From assembly GCA_963666115.2 (NCBI GenBank), contig CAXXET010000006.1:288001-352000 (forward strand): DNA of 64,000 nt, given 5' to 3'. Origin of the DNA: Dehalococcoidia bacterium (GTDB lineage Bacteria; Chloroflexota; Dehalococcoidia; UBA6926). Below the pieces are notes generated by a model. That model was not told the origin of the DNA. It did no database searches and saw nothing but the letters and a program-made list of their open reading frames with translations. Made by a program: the position numbers and the translations under genes. Positions 61,909 to 64,000 of the stretch are shown here, in pieces (the stretch's first letter is position 1; each line of letters opens with the position of its first letter).

Positions 61909-62598
61909 ATGAAACTGGATGGACGTCGAATTATCGTCACGGGCGGCAGCCGGGGCATCGGCTATCGGATCAGCGAACTCTTTCTCGCGGAGGGCGCTCA
62001 GGTGCTCGCCGTGTCTCGCAGTTCTGAGAAGCTTGAGGGCGCAAAGGAACGGCTTCCTGCGCTCAAAACCCTCGTTGCGGATGTTTCCGTTGCGTCGGAC
62101 GTCGACCGCGTCGTTGCGTGGACTGAGAGCGAATGGGGCGACCTTGACATCCTCGTGAACAACGCGGGCATTCTCGACGAATCCGACACCGGCCTCACCC
62201 AGTCTCCTGACGACGTCTTCCTCAAGACGATGCAGGTCAACGTCCACGGCGCGTATTTCTGCACCAAGCGCTTCCTGCCGCTGCTGCTGCGGTCAGACGA
62301 TCCGCGAATCCTCAACGTCGGTTCAAGCTCCGGTATCCTCGACGCAGGCATGAGGGATTCCTACGGCGTGTCCAAGGCTGCCCTGCACGCGCTCACGCTG
62401 GCAACCGCCAACGAGTTGAAGGGCAGGGTGGCGGTGAATGTGATGGATCCGGGGTGGGTCAAGTCGGATATGTCGCCCGACGGCCCCGGCGATCCGAAGT
62501 GGTCCGCAGCCGGCGCGCTCTCCATTGTCACCAGGACGGACGGCGTCACGGGCAGGCTGTTCAACGGCAAGCGCATCCGCGCATGGACGCCCCGCTAG
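61909..62598 (+). CDS. Short-chain dehydrogenase/reductase
   Basis: TGGSRGIG, NNAG, YGVSK, DPGWVKSDM. Confidence 0.93.
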   Translation: MKLDGRRIIVTGGSRGIGYRISELFLAEGAQVLAVSRSSEKLEGAKERLPALKTLVADVSVASDVDRVVAWTESEWGDLDILVNNAGILDESDTGLTQSPDDVFLKTMQVNVHGAYFCTKRFLPLLLRSDDPRILNVGSSSGILDAGMRDSYGVSKAALHALTLATANELKGRVAVNVMDPGWVKSDMSPDGPGDPKWSAAGALSIVTRTDGVTGRLFNGKRIRAWTPR

Positions 62599-62666
62599 TG
62601 ATCCCCGCAGCCTGATACGCGCGTCAGCGGCGCTGTGCCATGGCATCCAACGAGGGTAGGGTGGGC

Positions 62667-64000
62667 GTGAGACGCATCGCCATCGTTGGCGCGGGCATCT
62701 CCGGCCTGGGCGCGGCGTGGGGATTGAGCCGCCACCCGGACAAGTTCGATTTTAGAATCTTCGAAGCGCGCGGCGAGATTGGCGGCAATGCCGTAACGGT
62801 CGATATGCCGCAGGATGACGGGAGTTCCATCCCGTTCGACATCTCCGTCACCGCCCTCATCCCGTCCGTCTACCAGCATGTCCTCCTGCTAATGGAACAA
62901 TTCGGCATTGACATGCTTGAAACGCGATTCAGCTACAGCGTGAAGTACGGGGACGGCGTCTACGCCCACGACTTCGATTCCAATCTCAGGCGGGAGCTGC
63001 AATCCGACATCGCGAAATTTCAGAGACTGCTCCGCCGCCTCTACCGCTTTGGCCGCCTGACCCGTTCCCGCTCCCTGCTCATCAATGCCCTCAACCCCTA
63101 CAACTACCTCAGCATGGGCACGGTTCTCAAAATGGGGCGGTTCTCCGATGACTTCAAGTACAAGATTCTCAAGCCCATGTTCGTCAATTTCCTGATGGCC
63201 ACAGACGTGTTCGCCATGCCCGCCTCCCTCTTTGCCCGCTATCTCGAATTCTTCGACATCGAGACGGCGACCACCATGCAAACGTGGGACCAGGGAACCC
63301 GCCGCATCTACGAGAATCTGTCCCTCGGGTTCCGCGACAAGATCCACTTGAATCGTCCCGTCCGAAAGGTATACCGGCAGGACTCCGGGGTCGTCATCGA
63401 GGACGAGAACGGCGTCCGGGAAGAGTTCGATGACGTCATCCTCGCCTGCAACGCGAATCACTCCCTGGCGCTGCTCGATAGCCCCACGCGCCTTGAGCGC
63501 TACATCCTCTCTCGTGTCCGCTACGATACCGATCTCCACCACAACGCCACCGTCCACACGGATTCCTCCGTGCTGCCGGATGATGAGATGAGGGCGCTTG
63601 AAACGCGGAGCAACTCCATCCGGCACTACGGCGAGAGGCCGGACAATTACCAGATCACGTACATCATGCACAACCAGCAGCCTTGGGCGGCCGGCTCCGA
63701 TAGGCCGTGCCTCGTGACCTTCAACGCCGCCGACCCCATCGACGAAGAGAAAATCCTCAGGAAGATGTCATTCCAGCACATCATCCATGACGTGCGGCAC
63801 GTCGCCGTGCTCGTCAGCCTCTTCCGCTTCATCCAGGGCAAGAAGCGAACGTGGCATTGCGGCGCCCATACGCTCGTCAACAGCCAGGAAACGTGCTTTG
63901 TGACTGGACTCGCCGCCGCGCGGCAACTGGGCGCGGACTACCCCTTTGACGATGAGGAGGCCAGGCGGATATTCAACTACTACGGCGGCATCATGTACGG
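62667..64000 (+). CDS. NAD(P)/FAD-dependent oxidoreductase (amine-oxidase-like), runs off the window end
   Basis: Manual translation: MRRIAIVGAGISGLGAAW..FEARGEIGGNA..FDDVILAC..QGKKRTWHCGA..SQETCFVTGLAAA; open to the window end. Confidence 0.88.
   Translation, partial: MRRIAIVGAGISGLGAAWGLSRHPDKFDFRIFEARGEIGGNAVTVDMPQDDGSSIPFDISVTALIPSVYQHVLLLMEQFGIDMLETRFSYSVKYGDGVYAHDFDSNLRRELQSDIAKFQRLLRRLYRFGRLTRSRSLLINALNPYNYLSMGTVLKMGRFSDDFKYKILKPMFVNFLMATDVFAMPASLFARYLEFFDIETATTMQTWDQGTRRIYENLSLGFRDKIHLNRPVRKVYRQDSGVVIEDENGVREEFDDVILACNANHSLALLDSPTRLERYILSRVRYDTDLHHNATVHTDSSVLPDDEMRALETRSNSIRHYGERPDNYQITYIMHNQQPWAAGSDRPCLVTFNAADPIDEEKILRKMSFQHIIHDVRHVAVLVSLFRFIQGKKRTWHCGAHTLVNSQETCFVTGLAAARQLGADYPFDDEEARRIFNYYGGIMY

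Overview
GC-rich 64-kb bacterial chromosome segment. It is most consistent with Chloroflexota (Dehalococcoidia/SAR202-like), inferred from stand-alone rpoBC, the glnA-glnA-gltB block and Pro/Thr-linker lipoproteins. The housekeeping backbone is gltB, two glnA, a GlnR-like regulator, lipA, rpoBC, leuS, ispD-ispF-cysS, secG, gatB, hppA, surE and tRNA-Ala(CGC), interrupted by small accessory islets. Top finding: a thiolase-like gene (48594-49751) has two in-frame TGA codons in active-site loops, each followed by a hairpin at the same spacing. It sits beside an intact paralog of identical length and register, which makes it a candidate double-selenocysteine thiolase/DUF35 system. Second: a lower-GC four-gene operon (41497-46304) encodes a PP-loop/PAPS-reductase-like protein, SF2 helicase, MORC-type GHKL ATPase and PLD nuclease, and looks like an uncharacterised DNA-modification/defence system. 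Also present: a TerY-P-like triad, an ATPase/TOPRIM pair, a GlnR box, a 22-bp-phased palindrome array, a direct-repeat-flanked gene unit at the lipA 3' end, an IPCT/DIPPS pair, and a histidine-decarboxylase-like operon with an unusual NCS2 fusion. All family calls are from motif recognition by eye; no searches were run.
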